From: Guillardia theta CCMP2712
Taxonomy: Eukaryota > Protista > Cryptophyta
Length of the DNA: 64,000 nucleotides
NCBI RefSeq assembly: GCF_000315625.1
Contig: NW_005434673.1
Location: 62,001-126,000 of the forward strand
Reading direction: 5' to 3'
A model generated the notes under the pieces. The model was not told the origin of the DNA and made no database searches. It saw only the letters and a program-made list of their open reading frames with translations. Shown here one piece after another: positions 21,768-33,449 of the stretch (positions are counted from its first letter, which is position 1; each line of letters begins with the position of its first letter). The translations under genes and the position numbers were made by a program.

Positions 21768-22777
21768 CTACAGGAAATCTCTCTTCAGCTCCCATCGTGT
21801 CCCTGCAGGGCTGTCATTCCCCCACCATGACCATCTCCTTCATCTCACGCATGTTGGCTTCGAGTTCCTCCCGCATCCGCATCCTTGCTAACTTCAGCTC
21901 CTGCTCCTTCGACCTGCTCCCAAAAAACAGTGCGATGTCCGCGTCAGGATGTTGAGTTTAAGCCACATCATCATCACCATTTCCCTCTTGACGAGTCGAT
22001 CCTCTCAATCAGCTGCACCTTCTTGCCCTGCCACTTCCATCACCTCCTGCCTCCTCCCTCCCTACTCCCTCCTCCCTGCCTCCTCCCTCCCTACTCTCTC
22101 CTCCCTCCCTCCCTCCCTCCTCCTCCCTTCACCTTCTGGACCAGACCCAAGTCCCTGCAGAGGTCCCTGAGCATGAGCACATTCATCGTCTCAAGATCTT
22201 CTCGATTCGGAATGTCAGTGATCCTGGTCGTCGTCAGACAAGCCGAAGGCAGAGGGAGAAAGGTAGATGGAGAAAGGCAGAGGGAGAAAGGCAGAGGGAG
22301 AAGGCAAAGGGAAAAGGCAGAGGGAGAAAGGAAGAGGGAGAAGGCAGAGGGAGAAGGAAGGAGGCTGGAATCTGAGAAGGAGAAAGAGCGGGGGGTACGG
22401 GGAGAGACGAGCAGGAAACAAGTCACCTACCTTCCTTCCCACAAGATCTGACTGAGAATCTTCTGCTCAACGAACGTGACTCGCTTTGGCACTTCATAGA
22501 TGTCTGAGTCTATCTGCAGACCCTCCGCTCCTTCCTTATCGTCCATTCTCGTCAGTTGCCTGGAACCACTGACGTCCCTTCGTTCCACTCGGATGCTGTT
22601 GGAGTTGAGCGTCATGCAGAGGGGATCAAGACGCCCGTGCGAGAGCTTCGAGCGCAACAGGTCGGCAAGAGATGAGGCACGAAAGAAGTTGTTGTGCAGG
22701 GAGAAAGATGAGCAGGAATTGATCAGAAACAGGAGAACTGAACCCAGCAGGAGTTCCTGTGACTGGAGCACAGCCAT
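21768..22777 (-). CDS. SAP-domain protein with bipartite (plastid-type) leader
   Basis: Leader MAVLQSQELLLGSVLLFLINSCSS-F-SLHNNFFRASS. SAP motif split by an intron: LETMNVLMLRDLCRDLGL|KWQGKKVQLIERI. C-terminal coiled coil. 3' end approximate. Confidence 0.65.
22246..22357. repeat. Intronic minisatellite, about 8 copies of a 13-14 nt GGCAGAGGGAGAA(A) unit
   Basis: Imperfect tandem repeat visible in the sequence. Confidence 0.85.
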
Positions 22778-23129
22778 CCCTGACCACTCCTGGCTGGCTC
22801 TCGGTCTTGTTCTCTCCCTCTTTCCCTCAGCGGATGGAGCCAAGACAAACTGCCTGTAACGACAGGAAGATGTTACAATAGTGTTTACATTCCTCTACTT
22901 CTCAAGTAAATCCTATCCCTATCTTCCCTCTCTGCCTCTTAGGAATTATACCTTTGTTTCTGCCTCCTCTCCCTCCCTCCCTCCCTTCCTATCTCTCCTC
23001 TCCTCTCCTCTCCCTCCCTCCCTTCCTATCTCTCCTCTCCTCTCCTCTCCCTCCCTCCCTTCCTCTCACTCCCCTCCTCTACTCTTCATCGAGCGGCTGG
23101 TGTGGCCACCCTTTGAGCCCATGCCGAAA

Positions 23130-23269
23130 CCGTTAAACGGTTACCAATCATATATGACGGATGACGAAAACTGTAACGGCCTGTGAGCGATGAAACCGTT
23201 CATTCTTCCATGACCGGTACTTAGATCGTGAATTGGAGGACACGGGTCATACGGGGGAGCCACCAACGG
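23130..23269. promoter_or_regulatory. Cluster of five AACGG/CCGTT (MYB/MSA-core-like) sites in a divergent intergenic region
   Basis: Sites at 23130, 23136, 23175, 23196 and 23265. Confidence 0.4.
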
Positions 23270-23340
23270 CAGGTCAACTGCGACAGGAGCAGATCATAGA
23301 AGAGCGAGCTGAGAGGTGGAGAGAAGAGAATAGAAGAGAA

Positions 23341-23455
23341 GAGGAGAGGAGAGGAGAGGAGAGGAGAGGAGAGGAGAGGAGAGGAGAGGAGAGGAGAGGA
23401 GAGGAGAGGAGAGGAGAGGAGAGGAGAGGAGAGGAGAGGAGAGGAGAGGAGAGGA
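23341..23455. repeat. (GAGGA)23 microsatellite
   Basis: Perfect pentanucleotide array; it generates the spurious RRGEE/LLSSP ORFs. Confidence 0.97.
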
Positions 23456-23514
23456 GAGCCAAGCCGTGCGCCAAGTACAACTGGTTTGACTGAGGCGAAG
23501 ACATTTGATTGAGG

Positions 23515-24154
23515 ATGCCAAAGAAAGCAAAAGGAAAGGGTCCATCTATTGAAACCAACCCTGAGGTCCGTTGCTTCTTGTGTAACCTTGCTCCTTCGTT
23601 TCCCATCGCAGTGACAAGATTTGACGTCAGGTGGTATTCAAGCACACTGGCTTTTTCCCTGGCGACATCATTGCGGCTCCCTTCGGTACAGACTTCGAGC
23701 TCGTTGGAGTCGAAGTGAAGCAGATGTGGCCGTCTGGCGATGCAGGACAAGAGAGTGAGACGTGAGTGAAATGTCATCCTATCTACTGTCAGAGTTGGTA
23801 CGGTCGTGTTTGTTGATGTCCGTCTTGTCTCCTCTACAGGGAGTCATCTCGCCCTGCCGTCGCCATCAAGGCGTTCGGGCAGCTCAAGTCTGGCATGCAG
23901 ATTCCACTGCGACCAACAACCCCCGACGAGTTCGCAGAGATGGGCTATAGCAGAAGACACGAGGTGAAAGATACCGATGCGACGTGGGTCGTCGATTCCT
24001 GACGCAGCATGCTGATCTGCAGGCGCTGCACATACTGCGAGACACGCAGCGGCATCAAGAGAAGTTCCAGGAGCTGTTGGAGAACACTTTGCCCAAACCT
24101 AAGAAAGAGAAACCTGCAGGAGATGGGAAGGAAAAGGGGAAGAAGAAGAAGTAG
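23515..24154 (+). CDS. Small basic multi-exon protein of unknown function
   Basis: MPKKAKGKGPSIETNPE|VVFKHTGFFPGDIIAAPF..PLRPTTPDEFAEMGYSRRHE|ALHILRD..GKEKGKKKK*, with canonical short introns. Confidence 0.6.
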
Positions 24155-24291
24155 CAGCATATCACCTGATATGGGTCAGGAAACTTTGTTAACAGCTGTA
24201 ATCATGTTTTGAATATAAAGGATCTTAATCATCTTGACCTCCTGTCCTCCTGCCCTCAAAAGTTTTCAAAGTCTTTTACTCTTGCATCGGC

Positions 24292-24990
24292 TCAGTAGGG
24301 AAGTGACTTGGACATTGCAGCATTTCTGAACTCTGTTGGATCTTCACTATGCCAAACCCCGTCTTCCCATGCTGGCGTTGGATCCGAAGATTGGACGAAG
24401 TCATGAAGGTTTTCTTCGTTGTAAGGCCAGGCCTTGGCGTCCTTGTTTGAGTCCTTGGAATCGTGGGACCAGACTTTACCAGGAGCGTCATAAGGCCACA
24501 TCATGGGATTGATCCGTTTGTTGGGATCGCACTTTGTCGTTGGGACTCTCTTCCATGCAGGGTTCCCCTCCTCTCTCATCTTGAGCACGTCCTCACATCC
24601 CTTATCTACGTGCATGGACACCTCCCAGTCATTTCCGTTCTCTTGCTCTTCTCCAGACCCCCAGCCGCCGATGCCTGAACAACAAAGTCGTGAGCAAGAA
24701 CCTGGCGTGAACCGTCAATTTTCACCTGCTAGCATGATTCTTGGCGCGCGACCTTGCATGGACATGGATCGAACAGTTCGATGCTGAGCCAAGATCGCTG
24801 CTCTGGACATTTGTTTTTGGGCCAGCATGAGATCAGCATTGCCATGAGGGCGTAAGCGAACTTGAGGGTTGGTGATGACGTTTCTAGACAGGAGAGTGGA
24901 GGATGGTCCAGTGGTAAGCGAGACAACAAGAACAAGCAGAGCAGCGCTTGCTGCGCATGTAGCGACAAGAAGCTGGTCGCTCCTCCTCAT
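24292..24990 (-). CDS. Signal-anchor/secreted protein with Trp-rich acidic C-terminal part (2 exons)
   Basis: Hydrophobic N-terminus LLVATCAASAALLVLVVSL, basic linker ending RIMLA, then an exon with WPYD, WPYN, VWSHDS and VWHSED. Confidence 0.65.
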
Positions 24991-25283
24991 CCTCCTCTCG
25001 TTACACTCGCGCCATTGGCTCTGCCATTGGCTCTTCGGCCGCGGTCAAAGAGGGGATGTGGCCCCGGATGCCAGGCTCGGCAAAAGACAAGGGTTTGCCA
25101 CTGCTCGGAAAGAACTCAAAAAAACTTGTGACAATCTGAGGCTCAACAAGAACGGAACATGGCAATGCGCATAAAGCTATTAATGTCCATGTCGTAGATA
25201 ATACTAATGTGTTTTTGAGGCAAGAAGATTGCTTTGCAATCATTGAATGAATAGAATCGTTGAATGAATAGATCGAGTTCTAC

Positions 25284-28200
25284 TTACGGCGAATGTTTTC
25301 CTTTGCTTCTCTTGCAACTTGACTGTTGCGAGGTCTGCGAAGGAATCGTATCGTCGTCGTAGGCATCATTGTCGTTTCTATCCTGCAGCGGCTTCCCTTT
25401 CCTCTGGAGGATTGTAAGGCAGGACTGTAGGAACAAGGACCACAGGTACCTTCCCCTTCTTCTTCTTGCTGCAGTCTTCCTCGTCGTCTCTTGCAACCTG
25501 TCGACTCATTACAGTCTGCATGAGCAGAAGGGCGGGACCACCTCTCGCATGACCGCCGAGTAGTCGATCTTGAAGTCTCTTGCCGTACTTCTCTTGAAAT
25601 GTTTCATCAAGTCCAGCTGCACAGAGGTTCAGCAACGAAGGAGCTTAGCTGGGGAGTTCGAACCTTGTTCTTGGACTCCTTCTGGATGCGTATGAGCGAA
25701 GCTTCGAGGCTCTCGACCTGGAAGATAAGGTTGGGGATGAGTCGCTCCTCCTTAGAGATTTTCTGTCGCAGAGTTCTCTCCTGCTCCACTTGCGTGTATC
25801 TAGGGCACAATGAGCAGGAGAACGGCAGGCAGCAGAACTTTGGACCTGATCACAAGCTGGTAGAGAGATTCGTTCAGTCTTGCTCCAATGTGGTGCATGA
25901 GATGTACAAATGGCTTCCTCGGGAATTGGATCTTCGATATCAGGATCCGTCTGGCGACGACATCGGCTGTTCTGTACATCCTTGTCAGGGCCCCTAGGAT
26001 CAACTCCTGTGCAGTGGTGGGGATGGTAAAGCAGTCTGAGAGGTGGAGAAGGACTTCGACGATTCGATGTAATCGTTCGCATACTTCGTCTTCCATCTCG
26101 TTGTGATCTTTGCACAGAGCAACGTGCTCGGGAATATCCTTCACCTCATCATCATCAAACAGATCTGGCCGATAAGATGCATCAAGGAATGCAAGGACCC
26201 ACTCTACATCGTCGCAATTCGCCTGTTATAGATCCTCAGTCCACATGGAGTGAAACACAAGGGAATAGGTGACCTTCACGAATTCCACTAGGGACGAAAC
26301 TATGGAGTCTGAGTTTTCCTCTGAGACTATCGCATATTCCATGCTTTGTGGAGCAGATTCGGTCTCTTCTTCCTGCTCTTCATCGCGGTGAAGAACGTGC
26401 AAGTCATTGGCTAGCCGCAACGCAGTTTCTAATCCTTGTTGTGCCCAACTGACTCTCAACAGCAAATCTGTCAAACGCTGAGAAGACATCACTGATTGAA
26501 TCATTGACGCAAATAACAAACCTTTACACCTTTTCCACTGGAAACTCGATTAGAATCTTGATGCTTGCAAAGATCATCGACCCATTTCTGTTTCATGCCA
26601 AGTCAATCTGCAGGTCATAGCGAGTGTAAACTTACGATCTGGAGAGTTTGAGAATCCACAGACAACATCAAAGTCAAATTTTGGACAATATGTATCACAT
26701 ACTCCACATGATCAGTATCATCCTCAGTTGACAGCATCTTAAATGTGTTCTGGAAGCCCTCTATGGCAGTCAGAATAGACGATTCATCAGAGTCTTGCCC
26801 TATCATTGCACTTTTGTCATCCCAATGTGAAAATTCTTCACACAAGTAGCTACACATTTGAGCGATTTCTGACCTTTCGAGCTTGCAGCAAGCAAATTGA
26901 ATTAAACTGCACAGGCCATTCAACGACTGTACAGACAACTTCCGATTACTCGATTGTTGAGATCGTTTGGTTCCAGTCGGTTCGTACGGATACATTCTCT
27001 GTGAGGAGAAGTTGGCATGAAACTGCCTGAGCAAACCCTTTGCTATCTGATTAAATTTAGTGTTCACTTGCATTCCATTCGAAAGGTCATTTTTAAGCAT
27101 TTCAACCATTTTGCTGGCTGATTCTATAGCATATGACATGATTGATGCGTTGCTAAATATCTTCGAAGCAAGATCAGACTGAAATTCACATTCATCGATT
27201 TGTTTGTCACTGATAGACAACAAATTCACAATGAATTCGTGACTAAACATTGTCGTGCTGAGCTCCATGCTGAGTCCAGCATGCTTCCGAAATTTATTGG
27301 TTTTGACATGTTCTTGCAGCAGCTTCACCAGATCTTGTATTCTTGAGAATCCTTTGAAGACATTATTATCTATTTCATTGACGTTTATCCTCGTGCACAT
27401 CAAAGCGTGTTCCAGCAAAACCTCGTTCAAATCGATCACAATCTTTGCCGTACTTAAATGCTTGGCCGACGTGAAGTCTGTGTTTTTGTCGATGTCAAAG
27501 TCCTCGAGATCACTTTCCAGGATCCAATTTAGGATTTTGTCCATTATAGCAGTAGCTTGCGAGAACGATTCTGTCTGCAAGTCGGGAACCCCGTTCTTTC
27601 CAACAGTCTTGTTCTGCTCAACATGAATACACGAGCTCGCTAGTTTCAACATTTGAGGAAGAGATTCTTTTATGGCTCCTGTGTCTGTATCAATGCAAGT
27701 TTCAAGCATCAAAGAAACTCCTTCTGGTGCTGACTTGTAGTATCTGGAAAATCCAATCAATTGTTTTGAAGAGTGTAAATTGAAAGCGCACCTTTGAATC
27801 TGTGACAAGGTGAATGAAGTGATGTCTTCTAGCAAGTGCGGTTTGGCCTTGATTATTTCTCCCAACCCCTCATACAACTTCTCTCTGACGGACACCTGAT
27901 GAGAAGCACATCGCCGCAACTGAGCAATCAAATCGACTTCAACGTTCACAAATGAATCCGCCGAACGGTCCGCACAGGTTTGCGCAATATACACAAACGC
28001 CAGAAGACCTACTGTCCTAGTTTCGACCTCCTTACTAAATAAACACTTTCGCAAGATGATTATAAGATAATCCTGTAAGCCATTCTGCAAGTGCAAGATT
28101 GGCTCAAGAGCTTTTATCAGAGTTATCGCTGTAGGCGGATTGAGGAATCCAATATACTCCAAGGTTTCTTTCACCTGTTTGTCAATCCGTCAGAAGTATC

Positions 28201-30269
28201 ATGATTGGCATGATGGATAGCAGCACCTTGGGTAGGCAATCAATGACGTCTTTTGTACACTTTTTGACAATTTTCCCCAAAAGATTCACATAATACCTGA
28301 CGCAATCATCTCGCACCAAAATTCTGGAAAAGATTTGCGAAATTATTTCATCTCTGGCAGATACTTGGAGCCTAAAACATCTTTCTAGAAGACTTATGCC
28401 GAAAATGGTGAGTTTGTGCGACATAGCTTTGCTGAGGGAATTGTTTGAAACACCAAGATTTTCGTTTGAGGCCTTCTTGCTGTGAGTTTCGAGAAGTAGA
28501 AATGATAGGCGAATCATGCCAGGACCGACATGATCCCATCCCTTTGAACTTCCTCTTAGAACTTGACGGAGGATCTTCATAGATTCTTAGCGAGTTTGCA
28601 CTTCTGTGAGAACAAACATACCAAGTCCATTCTTGAAGGTTCGTGAAGCCGTGAGAGGCCTCCGATCCACGGGCTGTGCAGTTTTTGCATATGATAAACC
28701 TGTCCTATACTCAGCTAGGAATTAGGAAGAGTGTAGGAGATTACGAAATCATTTTCTAGTGACTTTTTGAGAACTTCCATCGCTTTATTTTCGTAGCGAT
28801 GCACACTTGATATTGACAGGAGAAGTGCAACCTCAAAGGAGGAAAGACTTGTTACCCTCGATCTGTGCGCGAAAATTCAGGTAAAATTCATCCATCAAGT
28901 CGAAAAGATGTCAAGTCAGACCTAAAGATTTTGAGCAGATCTTGACCCATCGACAGATCTTGCTTGACTGCAAATGTGAAATGCAAAATTACTGTGCCTT
29001 GAACATGGATAAATTCCTCCTCTGCCATCTCCATGACCTGCAGCATGGTTTAAAACTTCATTTGAAATGGAGATGAGATTGTGTTACTTCTGCTTGACTG
29101 CATTGAGTGGCTGCAGCGTTGCAATTGACGTTCGAACTCATTTCATTGAACATGTCCAAAATTCGCATGAGAATAACATTCCGCTTTCCAGCATTGGACA
29201 TGAGGAGCAACTGGACAAAGGATGCAGTCACTGAATGTGTATGGGTTCTGGTATGTTACTCCAAACCTGATAAACAAAGGGAGGCAGTTCCTGGACTTCC
29301 AATTTCTTGCATTCCTTGAAAATCCTGGTCATCTGAGCTTGAAATATCAACGAAATATTTCAGCCAGACATCAAATTCAACCACAACTTCCAATTGGTTT
29401 TCATGAAGGTTCAGCTCGCGCAGAACTGTCACGAGGGGTACGATCACTGCACGTGGCCATTCAAGCCTACAAATCTCGTTGATGACTTCCATCTTATATT
29501 CTTCGCCTGAGAATTTTACAACTCTAGTAGGTAAACCGTTTCTCCTAGATTCAATCTGCTGCGCTTTGGCCACCTACATCAGAAGGTCAAAGTTGCCGAA
29601 GCAAACGTCGTAGTATCAAAGTTGTTGGTGCAAACATAGTAATATCAAAGTTGTCGATGCAAACATCGTAATATGATTCATATGATTGGATACCTTGGTG
29701 AACAGCTTCGGCAGGAGTTCCAAACACTTTGCAAAATTTGAATGACATTGCCCTATGGAGTCCAGCAAGAACTCCACAATATCCGCACAATTTTGCTCAG
29801 GTAGGTCATCAAGCTTTCGAGAAGAAGTCAACAATTCATGTCAAAAACATCGAGCTGTCTAAATCACCTTGTTGATAATTGTGTGAACGATCTCAAGTCC
29901 TTTCCTTCCGGACGTCAATTGGGGATCTGAGACCATTTCCTACTTGTAGATCATGAAACTGATCAGGGTGGATGAAAGAAAGTCTCAAACCTTCACGAAC
30001 TTCGTCCATGAATTTGTTCCGAGATCTTCATCGGTCGGGAGTGCAAGATCAATCGCTTTCGCGAGGTCATGAATGTCTCCTGCTTGCACCTCGGCAAACA
30101 AGGCCAGCAGGTTGCCTCCATTTTCGGACATGATGGTTCTACAGTCATCCAGCCAGCTTGAAGAAGAAGCTGCGTTCATGAGATTCGAGCTCTGCTGGCT
30201 CAGACTGAGCCCGATGGAGGAGGAGCTTCGCGCCCGCATCGCTGCCAGCAGGCGCGTAGCAGCCGACAT
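25284..30269 (-). CDS. FANCI: Fanconi anemia group I protein
   Basis: Conserved motifs in order: ICRLEWP, HVQGTVILH, GWDHV, RDEIISQIFSRI, LQDYLIIILRKCLFSKE (monoubiquitination LRK), LRRCASHQVSVREKLYEGL, IPNLIFQVE, STARDFKI. Many short introns. Confidence 0.93.
29586..29675. repeat. About 29-bp tandem repeat (3 copies) inside a FANCI intron
   Basis: TCAAAGTTG..GCAAAC unit repeated three times. Confidence 0.8.
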
Positions 30270-30283
30270 GGAGGGGCGGGTTG

Positions 30284-30291
30284 GCGGCAAA
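30284..30291 (-). promoter_or_regulatory. E2F-consensus-like site TTTGCCGC about 15 bp upstream of the FANCI ATG
   Basis: Matches TTTSSCGC. FANCI is an S-phase DNA repair gene. A single short match only. Confidence 0.3.
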
Positions 30292-30773
30292 CTCTCGAAA
30301 CCGGGGCTCCATAGTTTTAAAGGTTTTACTCAATGATATATATATTGTACGGAAATTATATATGAGCTATAGAATATGGAGTTCGTAATACACATTTTTT
30401 GTCAGAATAAATAATTGGCTGCTTTTAAAAAAGTTTTTGTGACTGAATTAATAAATAAATTCATACTAAATGTTTAGTCAAAGATGAGAGAAGCCCTCGT
30501 ACACCTCCGATATGGTAGAGATGCCTGATACGAGATGATCTGGAGGAAAGCAACAACATGAATCGTTATGCAAGTGACAGAAATGTCGCAATCACATGTC
30601 GATATGGCGACACAAAGCATTGATGTCTCGCATTCGAAGGTTTTTTGTTGTTTTATCCAAGGTTTTCTGTTGTTTTATTGTTTCAGACGAATCATATTCA
30701 AAACACTCGTCACAAATAATAATCTCTCATGCATATTGTGTGTTCTACATTTACAACTCTTGTCTTATGATTT

Positions 30774-31676
30774 TCATCCTTCATACATGAAGCGCAGCCT
30801 TCCCTCGAACGCCTCCCTCCATGCCCCTTCTATCTCCGGGATCAACTGAGCTCTCCGGAACATGTTGTGTAGAGTGTTCTTAGCGAACTTCCTCTCCGTG
30901 GGCTCGTCGGTCTCGTACAGGCCGTCCAGCCCTTCCGTAAAGTCTCTGCTCCTCTCTGCAATCACTCGGAAGCCTGTCCACCCGAAGAACGTCCCCGCGC
31001 TGCTCGGCTCCTTGAAGTCGCAAGGCTGCAGTACGCCTGTCACCGTCGCGATGTGGAGGTACATGAGCAAGGCGCGCTTCTGGTTCTTGCAGCGCTTTGC
31101 CACGCACTGAGAGAGCTGCGCTTCCAGCACCTCCTCCAGCTCGTGGTTATGCAAGACTTGCCTCCGGTACTCCTGGATGATCCTCGTCGTTCTCATCCAA
31201 CGCTGCTGGCCCTTCCTCGCCGTCGCTGGCCTCGATCCTCCAGCAGGCACCGCGGACGGCAAGCCTGTAGCCTCGATCTGATCGGTCGCATACATGTCGG
31301 CATCGCCTCCCCCGGGAGCAGGCTCGTAGGCTAGTCGCTCCTCGATCTCCTCGTGAGAAGGGACTGTGCGCACTTCCACTGCGCGAGTCTCGCTGAGGGA
31401 GCCTATGAGGCTCCAGTCGACAGCATGCCCTGGGTCGTCATGTAGCAGACCATCATCAGCCAAGAAGATGCCAGCATCGGAGAAGTCTACGGCCTGCTTG
31501 AGCTCATGCTGCTCATCGACGACGGGCGTCGTGTACAAGATAGCTGCTTCCGTCAGGGCAGGGTCAAAGTTTGAGTTGTCTGACGCCCCGATGTCTGCTC
31601 CAAGGCCGTCAAACTGTGAGTCCAGCCCGCATGCTACCCCGAGATCAAGCCATCCGTCCCAGGAGGAGCAATCCAT
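30774..31676 (-). CDS. Uncharacterised 300-aa intronless protein, copy A of inverted pair (acidic N-half, conserved basic/aromatic C-domain; TF-like)
   Basis: ORF from MDCSSW; near-identical to 32529-33449. Confidence 0.8.
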   Translation of the reverse strand: MDCSSWDGWLDLGVACGLDSQFDGLGADIGASDNSNFDPALTEAAILYTTPVVDEQHELKQAVDFSDAGIFLADDGLLHDDPGHAVDWSLIGSLSETRAVEVRTVPSHEEIEERLAYEPAPGGGDADMYATDQIEATGLPSAVPAGGSRPATARKGQQRWMRTTRIIQEYRRQVLHNHELEEVLEAQLSQCVAKRCKNQKRALLMYLHIATVTGVLQPCDFKEPSSAGTFFGWTGFRVIAERSRDFTEGLDGLYETDEPTERKFAKNTLHNMFRRAQLIPEIEGAWREAFEGRLRFMYEG

Positions 31677-33447
31677 GGTAGAGGAGAACAGGGACCAGGA
31701 AGTAGAAGAGTGAAGTTGAGAGGCTGTGAAGGAGGAATGTAGAGGAGGGAGGGAGGGATGGGGAGCTATGCAAAGAGGGACAAGGAGGGGAGGGAGGGGC
31801 AAGGAAGGAAGGAGAGGGGGGGAGTGCGTGGGAAGGGGAGGGAGGACTGTCGTGGGAGTGCCTCGCAGATAGGTGGTCCACAGATATTGAGCCGCTCCCC
31901 TCTAAAACTAGTTGTAAGTCCCACAAGCAGGTGGAAATCAACCCGCCACCCCCTTCAAACCGCTACAGACAGGGGGTAATATCAAATTCTCTACACCCCA
32001 CCTATGAGCATGAGTTCAAACACAACCTACCCATGGGAATACCACACATTCCTGCTACCGACAGGGGGTTCAATGATACCACCGGTCATGTCAATGTCAC
32101 CCATGAATCTTCGGAGACTACCCCCTTTGATATTTTTCCTCGCCGAGGTGTACCCTACCTCAATATCGACTGGACTCTACTGAGCAGACAGGGGGTTTGT
32201 CTGACAATGGACTGCCAGCATTCTCTAGGGTAGGGTAGCATAAAGAGATATATTTAGCATCCTTTTGTAACAAGTATTCCAAAAGGGTACGGTACAAACC
32301 ACCCACGATCGGAACGAGCTTGCAAACGCGCTTCCCTCCCTACTCCCTGCCACGACCGTCCTCCCTCCAACTCCCACGCACTCCCCCCCTCTCCTTCCTT
32401 CCTTACCCCTCCCTCCCCTCCTTGTCCCTCTTTGCATAGCTCCCCATCCCTCCCTCCCTCCTCTACATTCCTCCTTCACAGCCTCTCAACTTCACTCTTC
32501 TACTTCCTGGTCCCTGTTCTCCTCTACCATGGATTGCTCCTCCTGGGACGGATGGCTTGATCTCGGGGTAGCATGCGGGCTGGACTCACAGTTTGACGGC
32601 CTTGGAGCAGACATCGGGGCGTCAGACAACTCAAATGGCCAACAGAACCTTGAAGGCTCTTTCGGAGAGCTCGATGCAGCTATCTTGTACACGACGCCCG
32701 TCGTCGATGAGCAGCATGAGCTCAAGCAGGCCGTAGACTTCTCCGATGCTGGCATCTTCTTGGCTGATGATGGTCTGCTACATGACGACCCAGGGCATGC
32801 TGTCGACTGGAGCCTCATAGGCTCCCTCAGCGAGACTCGCGCAGTGGAAATGCGCACAGTCCCTTCTCACGAGGAGATCGAGGAGCGACTAGCCTACGAG
32901 CCTGCTCCCGGGGGAGGCGATGCCGACATGTATGCGACCGATCAGATCGAGGCTACAGGCTTGCCGTCCGCGGTGCCTGCTGGAGGATCGAGGCCAGCGA
33001 CGGCGAGGAAGGGCCAGCAGCGTTGGATGAGAACGACGAGGATCATCCAGGAGTACCGGAGGCAAGTCTTGCATAACCACGAGCTGGAGGAGGTGCTGGA
33101 AGCGCAGCTCTCTCAGTGCATGGCAAAGCGCTGCAAGAACCAGAAGCGCGCCTTGCTCATGTACCTCCACATCGCGACGGTGACAGGCGTACTGCAGCCT
33201 TGCGACTTCAAGGAGCCGAGCAGCGCGGGGACGTTCTTCGGGTGGACAGGCTTCCGAGTGATTGCAGAGAGGAGCAGAGACTTTACGGAAGGGCTGGACG
33301 GCCTGTACGAGACCGACGAGCCCACGGAGAGGAAGTTCGCTAAGAACACTCTACACAACATGTTTCGGGGCGCTCAGCTTCTACCTGAGAAGCGAGGGGC
33401 ATGGAGGGAGGCGTTCGAGGGAAGGCTGCGCTTCGTTTTCGAGGGTT
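30776..33447. repeat. Large inverted repeat: arms about 30776-31855 and 32350-33447, spacer about 0.5 kb
   Basis: Reverse-complement identity covers both CDSs and about 180 bp of upstream pyrimidine-rich leader. Confidence 0.95.
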
Positions 33448-33449
33448 GA
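32529..33449 (+). CDS. Uncharacterised 306-aa intronless protein, copy B of inverted pair
   Basis: Paralogue of 30774-31676 in the opposite orientation. Confidence 0.8.
   Translation: MDCSSWDGWLDLGVACGLDSQFDGLGADIGASDNSNGQQNLEGSFGELDAAILYTTPVVDEQHELKQAVDFSDAGIFLADDGLLHDDPGHAVDWSLIGSLSETRAVEMRTVPSHEEIEERLAYEPAPGGGDADMYATDQIEATGLPSAVPAGGSRPATARKGQQRWMRTTRIIQEYRRQVLHNHELEEVLEAQLSQCMAKRCKNQKRALLMYLHIATVTGVLQPCDFKEPSSAGTFFGWTGFRVIAERSRDFTEGLDGLYETDEPTERKFAKNTLHNMFRGAQLLPEKRGAWREAFEGRLRFVFEG

Noticed and set aside
23233-23777. ORFs with RRGEE / LLSSP repeats
   Set aside because: Translations of the (GAGGA)n microsatellite.
30776-33447. DNA transposon with long terminal inverted repeats
   Set aside because: The arms are the genes themselves; no transposase or target-site duplication was seen.
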